A stretch of 64,000 nucleotides of DNA from Vicinamibacteria bacterium (lineage in GTDB: Bacteria > Acidobacteriota > Vicinamibacteria > Marinacidobacterales > Marinacidobacteraceae): contig CAXXLQ010000004.1 of NCBI GenBank assembly GCA_963668695.2, positions 1,920,001 through 1,984,000 of the forward strand. The letters run 5' to 3'. The first letter of the stretch is position 1. The number at the start of each line of letters is the position of its first letter. Below, piece after piece: positions 53,220-62,887 of the stretch. A program made the translations under genes and the position numbers. Below the pieces are notes generated by a model, which was not told the DNA's origin, did no database searches, and saw only the letters and a program-made list of their open reading frames with translations.

Positions 53220-53489
53220 GTGCCGGCCGTTCATTTCACGCCGAACCTTCGGCGGCACCTCGTCGTAGAGAGCGCCAGAGTCGAGGGTCAAACCGTGTCC
53301 GAAGCGCTTACCCGCGTGTTTCGCGATAACCCCGGCCTTCGTTCCTACGTGCTCGACGATCAGGGGCGTCTTCGCACCCATGTGGTCATCTATGTGGACG
53401 GGCGTCCCGTCCGAGACCGGAATGCGCTCGCCGATGCGGTCGGAGAGAACGCGGAGATCCACGTCATGCAGGCCCTGTCGGGCGGGTAA
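53220..53489 (+). CDS. MoaD/ThiS ubiquitin-like protein
   Basis: 89 aa beta-grasp pattern ending ALSGG. Confidence 0.9.
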   Translation: MPAVHFTPNLRRHLVVESARVEGQTVSEALTRVFRDNPGLRSYVLDDQGRLRTHVVIYVDGRPVRDRNALADAVGENAEIHVMQALSGG

Positions 53490-53502
53490 TCCGGGGTTCG
53501 AC

Positions 53503-54579
53503 TTGCTCCTGCACTTGGGCACCCGCAAGGGATACCTCGCCCTCCGCCGTTTCGGGAGGGATGACTGGCGCGTCGAACGCACCGCCTTCATCGGAGATCC
53601 GGTGTCCCAGTTGTTGCCCGACCCCCGCGACGGGCGACTCTACGCGGCGCTCAACCTCGGGCACTTCGGCGTCAAGGTCCGCGTTTCGGAGGACGGCGGC
53701 GCTTCGTTCAGCGAACTTCCGGCCCCCGCGTACCGGAAAGACAAAGCTGAGTCCGAGAAGGCGCCGTCGGTAGACCTCCTCTGGTGCCTCGAACCCGCCG
53801 GGCCCGACGCCGGCTCGCTCTGGTGCGGCACGATTCCCGGTGGCCTCTTTCGGTCCGACGACGGAGGCCGTTCCTGGGCTCTGAACGAGGCGCTGTGGAA
53901 CCAACCGAGCCGCGAGCGGTGGTTCGGCGGCGGATACCCGCACCCCGGGATTCATTCCGTTCTGGTCGCCCCCGACGGCCGGCGGGTGGTCGCCGGCATT
54001 TCCTGCGGCGGCGTCTGGATCAGCGAGGACGGCGGGAAATCCTGGAGGTTCGGCACCGAGGGGATGTTTGCGGACTACATGCCTCCCGAATTGCGGGAGG
54101 ATCCGGCCATTCAGGATCCTCACCGGCTTGCCTGGTGCGACGCAGATCGACGTCGGATCTGGTGCCAGCACCACAACGGCTTCTTCCGCTCCGACGACGG
54201 GGGAGCGACCTGGACCAGCCTGGAGGTGCCGCCGTCGTCCTTCGGCTTCGCGGTCGCCGCGCACCCGGGCGACCCGCAGATGGCCTGGAGCGTTCCCCTG
54301 GTCAAGGACGAGTGCCGCGTCCCGGTGGACCGCCGGATGGTGGTGGCCCGCACCCGAGACGGCGGAGAGAGCTGGGAGCCGGTCGGCCGCGGCCTTCCCG
54401 AGCGGGACTCCTTCGCAGTGGTGTATCGCCACGGTCTCGACGTCCATCCCACCGAAGCGGTTCTCGCCATGGCCACCACCACGGGCGCGCTGTGGATCTC
54501 CGAGGATCTCGGCGACTCCTGGGATCTCGTGACCGCCGAACTCGCTCCTGTTTACTGCGTTCGTTTTGGTGTCGAATAG
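53503..54579 (+). CDS. BNR/Asp-box beta-propeller (sialidase-like) protein
   Basis: GTRKG start; repeated S-x-D-G-G-x-S/T-W boxes; QHHNG. Confidence 0.88.
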   Translation: MLLHLGTRKGYLALRRFGRDDWRVERTAFIGDPVSQLLPDPRDGRLYAALNLGHFGVKVRVSEDGGASFSELPAPAYRKDKAESEKAPSVDLLWCLEPAGPDAGSLWCGTIPGGLFRSDDGGRSWALNEALWNQPSRERWFGGGYPHPGIHSVLVAPDGRRVVAGISCGGVWISEDGGKSWRFGTEGMFADYMPPELREDPAIQDPHRLAWCDADRRRIWCQHHNGFFRSDDGGATWTSLEVPPSSFGFAVAAHPGDPQMAWSVPLVKDECRVPVDRRMVVARTRDGGESWEPVGRGLPERDSFAVVYRHGLDVHPTEAVLAMATTTGALWISEDLGDSWDLVTAELAPVYCVRFGVE

Positions 54580-54675
54580 CCGGTATCCGGAAGGCGCCGG
54601 CCCGGGAGTGGCGAGAGCCGTCCGCAAGCGAATACACTCCGCGAATTCTGTCCCCTCGTGGCTCCAGCGGGTGGG

Positions 54676-56229
54676 GTGAACCCCTTGAACGATTTCCTGA
54701 AGACCCCCTTCCACGACCTGGTCCGGCGCCTGGATCTGAGGCTGCGGATTCTCGGACTGGTCCGGGAGTTTGCGTTCGTCGCCGGGGCGGTAGCTCTGGC
54801 GCTGTTCCTCCCCAGGCTGGTCGGCGACGGAATCCCCTGGCTGCCGGTGCTGGTGGCGGCGGTGGGAGTTGCCGCCCTGCTCTACCGCGGGCTTTCCGGG
54901 TTCCGGGCCGGTGCGGCGCTTGATCGTGCCGCTGCCGCGGGAGACCGGGCCGGAGGGCTGCACGACGAGCTCGCTTCCGCGCAGTGGTTTTCCGCCGCGC
55001 CGTCGCCGACGGCTTGGGAAGTCCACCAGATCGGCCGCGCCTGCACGCGAGCCGACGAGCTCGACGCGGCGGATCTGCTGCCCTTCCGGATTCCCCGGGC
55101 GAGCATTTGGGCCACCGCCGCGCTGGCCGCCCTCGCGGTGATCCTCCCGTTCACGGAGGGGCCACTGGTTTCGGAAGCGCTGCGGGCGCGGCTCGCGGCC
55201 GGCCTCGCCGGCAGCCTTGGCGGCGATCCGGAAGCGGGAGATCCGCTTGGCGGACCGGAGGTTTTCGAGGACACCGCGGACGCTCGCGTGGACGCCCGTT
55301 CGCCGGAGGAGATCCTGGCGGAGCTCCGCGCCGGCGAGTTGCGGCTCCCCGAGGAGTCTGCCCAGGATGTGGATGCCCTCAAGGCGGCGTTGACCGCCGC
55401 GATGGAGGAACGATCCCTCCAGGAGACGAGTGAAGAGGTCTCCGCGGCGCTTGCCGGGCTGGCCGAAGCCATGGATTCGGACTCGCTCACCGCTGCCGAA
55501 TGGCTCGAGGGCCTCTCCGAGGCGATGCGCTCCGCCAGTACGCCGGAAGAACTCCAGGCGCTGCTCGAATCGCTCGAACAGGGCGCCGAGGGAGACGCCC
55601 TCAGCGCCGCTGCGGCGGAAATGATGGAGCTCATGGAGGGTGGGTTGAGCGCCGACGAGGCTCTCCAGCAGCTCGCCGAAAACATGCAGGCGATGGATGG
55701 CCAAGCGATGAATGGTCAGGGCCAGGGAGAGGCGCAGCAGATGCCGTTCCCCGGCGATGGTGAGGGGGGACAGCCCCAGGCCGGTGAGGGCGGCGAGCCC
55801 GCCGCCGGAATGCCGCAGGGTGCGGCCGGACTCTCCGGGCAGGTTCAGATGATGGCCGCCGAGGGCCAGATGGGAGCGCCGATCCCGATGGATGCCGGCC
55901 CGGCAGGGAACATGACCGGACCAGGCGGGGGAGGCGAGTCCGAGGTATTCGGCGCCGCTACCAGCCTCGAGGTACAGCTCGAAATGGAAGCCATCCCGCC
56001 TTCCCTCGACGAAGAACCGGTGCCCGAGCAGATCATCGAGCGGCAGAGCCGCCGCGAGGACGCGACCGTCGCCTACGACTCCGTCAACACCCTTTCCGAG
56101 TACGCCGATGAGACAGTTTCCCGCACCCGCCCTATCCCTACGGGGCTCAGGCCGCTGGTTCGCGCCTACTTCCTCATGATCCGCGAGACGGCCAAGGCCG
56201 ATGCCCCCGAAGGAGCGCAAGAAGAATGA
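54676..56229 (+). CDS. Hypothetical membrane/coiled-coil protein of MoxR cluster
   Basis: N-terminal TMs, acidic helical region, G/Q-rich linker, IP..R.LVRAYF C-terminal motif; overlaps MoxR start. Confidence 0.75.
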   Translation: MNPLNDFLKTPFHDLVRRLDLRLRILGLVREFAFVAGAVALALFLPRLVGDGIPWLPVLVAAVGVAALLYRGLSGFRAGAALDRAAAAGDRAGGLHDELASAQWFSAAPSPTAWEVHQIGRACTRADELDAADLLPFRIPRASIWATAALAALAVILPFTEGPLVSEALRARLAAGLAGSLGGDPEAGDPLGGPEVFEDTADARVDARSPEEILAELRAGELRLPEESAQDVDALKAALTAAMEERSLQETSEEVSAALAGLAEAMDSDSLTAAEWLEGLSEAMRSASTPEELQALLESLEQGAEGDALSAAAAEMMELMEGGLSADEALQQLAENMQAMDGQAMNGQGQGEAQQMPFPGDGEGGQPQAGEGGEPAAGMPQGAAGLSGQVQMMAAEGQMGAPIPMDAGPAGNMTGPGGGGESEVFGAATSLEVQLEMEAIPPSLDEEPVPEQIIERQSRREDATVAYDSVNTLSEYADETVSRTRPIPTGLRPLVRAYFLMIRETAKADAPEGAQEE

Positions 56230-57248
56230 CCCCGGAAACCGCGCTGGCCGACCCGGCTGCCGACATCGAAAGCCGGGTCCAGACGTTTCGCGATCGCCAT
56301 GACCGCATTCAGGCCGAGGTCGGCCGCGTCATCGTCGGCAATCGGGAAGTAATCAGCGGGATCATCACCTGTCTGCTCACTCGCGGACACGTGCTGCTCG
56401 AGGGTATCCCGGGGCTCGGGAAGACCAAGATCGTGCAGACCCTCTCCGAGGCGATGCACCTCAAGTTCAACCGCGTGCAGTTCACGCCGGACCTCATGCC
56501 CGGCGACATCACGGGCACGAACGTGATCCGGGAGACGGAAACCGGCGCCAAGGTCCTCGACTTCCAGCGGGGGCCGATCTTCTGCCACCTGATGCTGGCG
56601 GACGAGGTCAACCGGGCTACCCCGAAGTCCCAGTCGGCGCTTCTCGAGGCCATGCAGGAAAAGAGCGTCTCCGTCGGCAACACGACCTTCAAGCTCGAAG
56701 AGCCGTTCTTCGTGATGGCCACTCAGAACCCCATCGAGCTCGAAGGCACCTATCCGCTTCCCGAGGCCCAGATGGACCGCTTCCTGATGAAGCTCCGGAT
56801 CGGGTATCCCGACCACGATGAACTTCGCGAGATCGTGGCACGGACGACCTCGGTCGAGGAGCCGAAGGCCCGGCCGATCGTGACCCGGGAAGAGGTTCTG
56901 GAGATGCGGGACACCGTGTTGTCGGTTCCCATCGCCCGGCCGATCCAGGACTACGCCATCCGGCTGACCATGGGGACCCACCCCGGGTCGAAGTTCGCCC
57001 ACGCGCTCACGAACCGCTACGTGAAGTTCGGGGCCAGCCCGCGGGGAACCCAGGCGCTCGTGCTGTCCGGGAAATTCCGGGCGCTCCTCGCCGGCCGGGT
57101 ACACGTTTCGGCGGAGGACGTCCGGGACAGCGTCCTGCCCACGCTACGGCACCGGCTGCTCCTCAACTTCGAGGGAGAGGCCGACAAGGTGGACACCGAC
57201 GACATCCTGCGGGAAGTCATCGCCTCGATCGCGCTCCCCGGCGCCTGA
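56226..57248 (+). CDS. moxR: MoxR-family AAA+ ATPase
   Basis: GIPGLGKT, VQFTPDLMPGD, DEVNRATPKSQSALLEAMQE, ATQNPIE. Confidence 0.96.
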   Translation: MTPETALADPAADIESRVQTFRDRHDRIQAEVGRVIVGNREVISGIITCLLTRGHVLLEGIPGLGKTKIVQTLSEAMHLKFNRVQFTPDLMPGDITGTNVIRETETGAKVLDFQRGPIFCHLMLADEVNRATPKSQSALLEAMQEKSVSVGNTTFKLEEPFFVMATQNPIELEGTYPLPEAQMDRFLMKLRIGYPDHDELREIVARTTSVEEPKARPIVTREEVLEMRDTVLSVPIARPIQDYAIRLTMGTHPGSKFAHALTNRYVKFGASPRGTQALVLSGKFRALLAGRVHVSAEDVRDSVLPTLRHRLLLNFEGEADKVDTDDILREVIASIALPGA

Positions 57249-57352
57249 CGCCCCCCCTGCCGAACGGGTGATGCCGCTCCGCACGCGCGACCCCGCGAGG
57301 GCGTGCCCCCGCTTCGGGCCGAGCCGGGGGCCGGGACGCAACGGTTGACGGC

Positions 57353-58240
57353 ATGAGCCAATCGGACACGCTCTTCGACGCCGATTTCATGGAGCGGCTC
57401 GAGTACCTGAAGCTCATGGCCACCCGGATGCTGCCGAGCCGGCATCGCGGCGCACATCGGGCCAGGAAGCGCGGTTCGGGCATTGAGTTCGCCGACTACC
57501 GGCCCTACGTGGACGGCGATGACACGCGCGACGTTGACTGGAAGGCCTTCCTCCGTCTCGACAAGCTGGTAATCCGCATCCTCGAGGAGGAGGCGGACCT
57601 GCCCGTTTACCTGTTCGTGGACCGGAGCGCCTCCATGGCGTTCGGCGACCCCCCGAAGTTCGACTTCGCCCGCAGGATGGCCGGCGCCCTGTCCTACATC
57701 GGCCTCATGAACCACGATCTGATCTCGATCGTCTGGTACGGACCGAAGATCGAGGGGTGGATGGCCCCGAAGCGGGGGCGGAACCAGATCTTCCGCGCGT
57801 TCCGGTTTCTCGACGCGGGCGACACCGGTGGCGCCACTTCGCTTTCGGCGTGTTTCCGGGCCTTTTTCGGCTCCCGCCGCAAGCGCGGCCTCGCCGTGAT
57901 CCTCTCGGACCTCATGGACGAGGAGGATCTGCTGGGGGCGTTTGACGCGTGCCGCTACCAGAAGCACGACATGTTCGTCGTGCAGTTGCTCACTCCGGAA
58001 GAGCTCGAACCGTCGCTTCCCGATGAGGCTCTGCTCACCGACAGCGAAGATGGTTCCGAGCGCCGTGTCCGGGTCACGCCGAGGCTGCTGGACCGCTACC
58101 AGCAGGCGCTCGCCGAACATCAGCAGAAGATCGAGGAGTACTGCTCCCGCTACGGGTTCGGGTTCTGCGTTGCGGACACTGGCAAGCCCTTCGAAGACGC
58201 CGTCATGTCGATCTTCAAGACGGACCGATTCATCCGGTAA
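57353..58240 (+). CDS. DUF58 protein
   Basis: GSGIEFADYRPYVDGDD..DW, DRSASM, ILSD. Confidence 0.93.
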   Translation: MSQSDTLFDADFMERLEYLKLMATRMLPSRHRGAHRARKRGSGIEFADYRPYVDGDDTRDVDWKAFLRLDKLVIRILEEEADLPVYLFVDRSASMAFGDPPKFDFARRMAGALSYIGLMNHDLISIVWYGPKIEGWMAPKRGRNQIFRAFRFLDAGDTGGATSLSACFRAFFGSRRKRGLAVILSDLMDEEDLLGAFDACRYQKHDMFVVQLLTPEELEPSLPDEALLTDSEDGSERRVRVTPRLLDRYQQALAEHQQKIEEYCSRYGFGFCVADTGKPFEDAVMSIFKTDRFIR

Positions 58241-58260
58241 ATCTGGTACCTCTGGACTCC

Positions 58261-60198
58261 ATGGGCTTTGCCGCCGCCCCGCTGCTGATCGCTCTCGGCG
58301 TTCTGCTGACCGCCGGGATCATCGTCGTCCTCTATTGGGTCCGGCCGGAGCCTCAGCCGGTGGTGGTCCCGTCGAATCTCATTTGGCGGCGCGTCCTTGA
58401 TGAACGCCGGCGCCGCGAGGATTTCTGGCGCTGGCTCATTTCGTTGGTGATTGCCTTGCTGGCGGGGCTTGCGGTGATCATGGCCATGGCCCAGCCGATC
58501 CCCGAGAGCGGCGTGCGGGGCGGCCGGGTGGTGGTGGTCATGGACACCTCACCGAGCATGGCGGCCGCGCTCTCCGGAGGAGGCACTCGCTGGGATCAGG
58601 CGTCCGAGCAGGTGCGGCGCATCCTCACCGGCAGCAGCGAAACGAGCGAGTTCCTGCTGCTGGACACTGCCGGAGACCGCGGCGGACGCTCTTTCACCGG
58701 ACGGCGCGAGGCCCTCGAGGCCCTCGAAGATCTGGGCCCGGTGCACGGCCGGGAACACCGCTTCCCCGATGTCGCTGATCTGCTCGAGTCCGCTTCGGGC
58801 ACGGCCCCCGCCGCTGACGTCATCTTCGTCGGGGACGGGGTGTACGTGCCCGAGGCGCCCGACGGCGTCGAGCGCATCTCCGTGTTCGAGGCGGCGCCGA
58901 ACGCCGGGATTACCGCTTTCGACGTCCGCCCGCTACCGTCCGATCCGGGTCGCTTCGAGGCGTTCATCGAGGTCGTCCGCCATCCCGCCGCGGAGGACGA
59001 CGGCGGTGTCGTGGCGCTTCAAGTTGATGGTGCGGGAGGCGCCTCGCTACGCCGGACCCTCCGGGTCGATGCCGGGACGCCGCTCGGCGAGACGGTGCCG
59101 CTGACCGGGTTCGTCGCGGGACCGGTCCGCGCCGTGATCGCGATTTCGGGAGACGACGCCTTGCCCGCCGACGACGTGGCGCACGCCTACATTCCGGCGC
59201 GCAACCGGCTGCGGGTTCTGCTCGTCGGGGGGCCGAATCCGTTCTGGGAGGCGGCTCTGCGTCTCGATCCCCGGGTGAGCCTTTCCGTGGCGCCCCCGGG
59301 TTCGGAAGCGCTCGCCGATCTCGATTTCGCCTCGGTGGATCTCGTGGTGATTGAAGGGGCGCCTCCGGAGGCGATGCCTCCGGTCCCCGTGCTCGTCGCC
59401 GCCTCGGGGAACGCCGAATGGCTCCCGCCCCGATTGGGAAACGAAACGGGAAACGAAACGGGAAACGAAACGGGAAACGAAACGGGAAACGAAACGGGAA
59501 ACGAAACGGGAAACGAATCGGGAAATGAGGAGGCGAACCTCGAAGGAGAGACCGCGACCGTAATGCTCCCGGTCGTGCGCGGGCAGACGGAACACCCGCT
59601 GCTCCGGGATCTCAACTTCGAGGATGCGCTCGCGAGAGATGTGGAGGCGTTCGATGCGGCCTTCTTCGGCGGTCAGAGTTCCTGGGAACTCCTGCTCGGC
59701 GATTCGCGGCTCGGCCTGCTGGCGGCCCGGGAAAGTCCCCTGCGCGGGCTCGCCTTCGCTTTCCCGATTGCCCGGTCCAACCTGCCGCTCCAGGCTGACT
59801 TCCCGCTGCTGCTCTCCCGCGCCCTGAGCTGGTTGACCGACGTGGAAGTGCGCCGGGTCGGGCTCGGACAGGCCCGGGTCGCGATGGCGGCGGGAGCCAT
59901 TTTCGATTCCGAAGGCCGGGAAGTGGCGTCGCGCCGTCTGGGCTCCGAGATTTCCTTCGACGCCAGCGAACCGTCGCTCTACTACGCCGCCGGCGGCGGA
60001 CGGGAAGTCGTGGTTGCGGCGAGTCTTCTCGACCGGAGGGCTTCGAATCTGAACCAGTCGGCCTGGGCCGAGGAGCCGCCGGCCACCCTGGCGCCGGCGG
60101 CGACCGCGGCGAGTGCGATCTGGCCGATACTTGCGCTCTTCGCTCTCCTGCTGATCGCCGCCGAATGGATCGCCTTCCACCGACACGCCACCGTCTGA
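58261..60198 (+). CDS. BatA plus VWA domain membrane protein
   Basis: VVVPSNLIW BatA-like region, MIDAS DTSPSM, VGDG, C-terminal TM with EW. Confidence 0.88.
   Translation: MGFAAAPLLIALGVLLTAGIIVVLYWVRPEPQPVVVPSNLIWRRVLDERRRREDFWRWLISLVIALLAGLAVIMAMAQPIPESGVRGGRVVVVMDTSPSMAAALSGGGTRWDQASEQVRRILTGSSETSEFLLLDTAGDRGGRSFTGRREALEALEDLGPVHGREHRFPDVADLLESASGTAPAADVIFVGDGVYVPEAPDGVERISVFEAAPNAGITAFDVRPLPSDPGRFEAFIEVVRHPAAEDDGGVVALQVDGAGGASLRRTLRVDAGTPLGETVPLTGFVAGPVRAVIAISGDDALPADDVAHAYIPARNRLRVLLVGGPNPFWEAALRLDPRVSLSVAPPGSEALADLDFASVDLVVIEGAPPEAMPPVPVLVAASGNAEWLPPRLGNETGNETGNETGNETGNETGNETGNESGNEEANLEGETATVMLPVVRGQTEHPLLRDLNFEDALARDVEAFDAAFFGGQSSWELLLGDSRLGLLAARESPLRGLAFAFPIARSNLPLQADFPLLLSRALSWLTDVEVRRVGLGQARVAMAAGAIFDSEGREVASRRLGSEISFDASEPSLYYAAGGGREVVVAASLLDRRASNLNQSAWAEEPPATLAPAATAASAIWPILALFALLLIAAEWIAFHRHATV
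59437..59532 (+). repeat. In-frame 12-nt tandem repeat (GGAAACGAAACG)x6 plus two degenerate units
   Basis: Encodes (GNET)6-GNES-GNEE. Confidence 0.95.
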
Positions 60199-60275
60199 GC
60201 GTTTGGGGCGGGGGCTCACAACACCTGCGAACGGTCTGGCGGTGAAGGGCAGCGAACCGGGCGCCCCCGCCCCTA

Positions 60276-60528
60276 GCAGCCTGTGGTGGAACCCGGGTGA
60301 GCGCCGAGAGCGGGGAGGCCCAGTTCTCCCGGTGGGGCCAGTCCTCCCGGTGGGGGCCCGGCTGACAAGGCGCGTGAGGGAGGAATACCCAGTGTATTTC
60401 GACCGAAACGCAACGCAGAGCGCCGCAAAGCGCCAGTTCTCCCGGTGGGGGGGCGGTTCAGGCGGGATGCATCGCCGCTCGAGCCCCCACCGGGAGAACT
60501 GGGCCGCCTGGGTTTCACCACAGGCTGC
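60276..60528. mobile_element. MITE-like element, body A (four modules)
   Basis: TA flanks; near-identical to 62088-62340. Confidence 0.85.
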
Positions 60529-60593
60529 TAACGCTGGCGCTGGGCGCCGCGGCCGGGCTCCGGCCTTGCCGGACCCGTCCACCGGGGCCTTCT

Positions 60594-60620
60594 TCGAAAG
60601 GGGGGACACCCCCCTTTCGA
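60594..60620. repeat. Perfect 12-bp hairpin resembling the family-B stem
   Basis: TCGAAAGGGGGG-ACA-CCCCCCTTTCGA. Confidence 0.6.
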
Positions 60621-60699
60621 GTATTCCCCCCCGCCGCTTCGCGGCGTCCGCCCTGGTTGGCGGCCCGCGGACCTGGTTCGAGAGCCGGGATCTATCCGC

Positions 60700-62088
60700 A
60701 TGACCCGGGCGTCCGGTTCGGTCCGTACCCGGATCGCTCCGTCGCCGACCGGCGACCCGCACGTCGGGACGGCCTACCAGGCGCTTCTCAACTACGCGTA
60801 CGCGAAGCGGCACGGGGGCGCCTTCTTGCTGCGGATCGAGGATACCGATCAGGCGCGCTCGACCAGGGCCTCGGAGGAAGCCATCCTGCGGTCGCTTCGC
60901 TGGCTCGGGCTCGAATGGGACGAGGGGCCCGACGTCGGGGGACCCTTCGCCCCGTACCGGCAGAGCGAAAGGGTGGAGGCCTGCCGCGAGATTGCCGAAC
61001 GGCTGCTGGGTGACGGGAAGGCGTATCGGGACTACGGGGAGGACGCCGGCGGCGCCTACGCAATCCGGCTCCGTACTCCGGCGGGCGGCCGTATCGCGCT
61101 TCCCGACCGGCTCCGGCAGGGCCTCTCCAAGGACTGGGAATCGGTGGACGATCCGGTGTTGCTCAAATCGGACGGTTTCCCGACGTATCACCTCGCCAAC
61201 GTGGTGGACGACCACCTGATGGAGATCTCGGATGTGATCCGCGGGGAGGAATGGATCGCCTCGCTCCCGAAACACCTGCTGCTCTACGAGACGCTGGGGT
61301 GGGAGCCGCCGTCCTTCTGGCACGTCCCCCTCCTCAGGAACAACGACAAGAACCGCACCAAACTGAGCAAGCGCAAGAGCCCGACCTCGATCGACTTCTA
61401 CCGCCAGGCCGGTTTCCTGCCCGAGGCGCTTCTCAACTTCCTCGGGATGCTCGCCTGGACGCGGGGGGAGGGCGAGGAGAAGTTCGCCCTGGGCGCTTTC
61501 GTCGACCACTTCGAACTCGGGTCGCTTTCGTTGGCCGGCGCCGTCTTCGACACCGAGAAGCTGGCCTGGCTGAACGGCCGCTACCTCCGGGAGGACTACG
61601 GACCCTCGGAGCTGGCCGGCCTCTTGCGGAACTGGCGGCTCGATGACGAAACGCTGGCGGGAATCGCGAAGCTGGCCCAGCCCCGGATGCGCACCCTCGG
61701 AGACTTCGGGCCGCTGGCCTCCCAGTTCTTCACGGATGAAACGCCCCGTGATCCCGACGTTCTCGCCGGAGGCGACGATGTCTCCGAAGTCGCCGAGTGG
61801 CTGTTGCTTTCGGAATGGGCGCTCGAGGACCTCCCGGAGTTCACCGCGGACGGCGTCCACCAGGCGCTTCGCAGCGCGGCGGAATCGCTCGGGGTCAAGC
61901 TCAGGAAGTTCACCCGACCTCTCTACGTGGCGATCAGCGGTTCTCAGTCGTCCACTCCCCTCTTCGGCTCGATGGTCCTGCTCGGGAGCGCGATGACGCG
62001 CATGCGTCTCCGCCGCGCCCGGGCGGCCCTCGGCGGCGTTCCCCGCCGCCGCGAAAAGGAACTGGGAATCCTCCGCAAGGGGGGCTAG
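60700..62088 (+). CDS. gltX: Glutamate--tRNA ligase
   Basis: RIAPSPTGDPHVG, LRIEDTD, PTYHLANVVDDH, IRGEEW, KLSKR. Confidence 0.95.
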   Translation: MTRASGSVRTRIAPSPTGDPHVGTAYQALLNYAYAKRHGGAFLLRIEDTDQARSTRASEEAILRSLRWLGLEWDEGPDVGGPFAPYRQSERVEACREIAERLLGDGKAYRDYGEDAGGAYAIRLRTPAGGRIALPDRLRQGLSKDWESVDDPVLLKSDGFPTYHLANVVDDHLMEISDVIRGEEWIASLPKHLLLYETLGWEPPSFWHVPLLRNNDKNRTKLSKRKSPTSIDFYRQAGFLPEALLNFLGMLAWTRGEGEEKFALGAFVDHFELGSLSLAGAVFDTEKLAWLNGRYLREDYGPSELAGLLRNWRLDDETLAGIAKLAQPRMRTLGDFGPLASQFFTDETPRDPDVLAGGDDVSEVAEWLLLSEWALEDLPEFTADGVHQALRSAAESLGVKLRKFTRPLYVAISGSQSSTPLFGSMVLLGSAMTRMRLRRARAALGGVPRRREKELGILRKGG

Positions 62089-62340
62089 CAGCCTGTGGTG
62101 GAACCCGGGTGAGCGCCGAGAGCGGGGAGGCCCAGTTCTCCCGGTGGGGCCAGTCCTCCCGGTGGGGGCCCGGCTGACAAGGCGCGTGAGGGAGGAATAC
62201 CTGGTGTATTTCGACCGAAACGCAACGCAGAGCGCCGCAAAGCGCCAGTTCTCCCGGTGGGGGGGCGGTTCAGGCGGGATGGATCGCCGCTCGAGCCCCC
62301 ACCGGGAGAACTGGGCCGCGTGGGTTTCACCACAGGCTGC
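62088..62340. mobile_element. MITE-like element, body A (four modules)
   Basis: CTAG on both flanks; starts in gltX TAG. Confidence 0.85.
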
Positions 62341-62625
62341 TAGAGGGGGTAACGCGGCCTCCGGCCGGCATTGGTGGCGCGTAGGCTGGGAACGCCGGTG
62401 TTCACACCGGCATCCCCGCCGGAGGCGGGTAAACAGAGGGTTGCTGCCGGAACGGATGGTGCCCCAGCGGAGATGGCGTGGGGCCACCGCGTTAGAACGG
62501 CGCCCAGGCAAGGGACCGCTGGCCTCCGGCCGGCATCGCGCGGGAGCGCGAAACCAGTGCCGATGGTGCGGTGCCACGTCGGCCTGAGTGCTACACCCCT
62601 CTCCCGACCCCGGTTGCGCGACCGC

Positions 62626-62868
62626 TCAAGGCCGTCCCGCGTTCTTCATCGCACGCAGAACATCTTCACTGGTATCCACTGCGCCGATGGACTGCTGGCG
62701 CCGCCGGATGCGTTCGAGCAACTGCTCGGCGTCCACGCTCCGATGTCCAAACGACTCCTCGAGCCGGACGACGATCTCGGCGCTGACGGTGCGGCAGTTC
62801 AGCGCGGCGGCCTGCCGGATCTTGCGGAGTAGGCCGTCGGGAATTCCGCGGAGGACGATTCTGGACAC
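62626..62868 (-). CDS. Arc/FitA-like ribbon-helix-helix protein
   Basis: IVLRGIPD.L..IRQAAALNCRTVSAEIVVRLE. Confidence 0.75.
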   Translation of the reverse strand: MSRIVLRGIPDGLLRKIRQAAALNCRTVSAEIVVRLEESFGHRSVDAEQLLERIRRRQQSIGAVDTSEDVLRAMKNAGRP

Positions 62869-62887
62869 GAGGCAGCAATCCGCGGCG

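Noticed and set aside
53464-62577. 918-aa and 1176-aa minus-strand ORFs
   Set aside because: Antisense to well-supported plus-strand genes; Arg/Gly/Pro-rich shadows typical of high GC.
62343-62620. tRNA downstream of gltX
   Set aside because: No cloverleaf or TTCGA T-loop arrangement seen; only REP-like hairpins.
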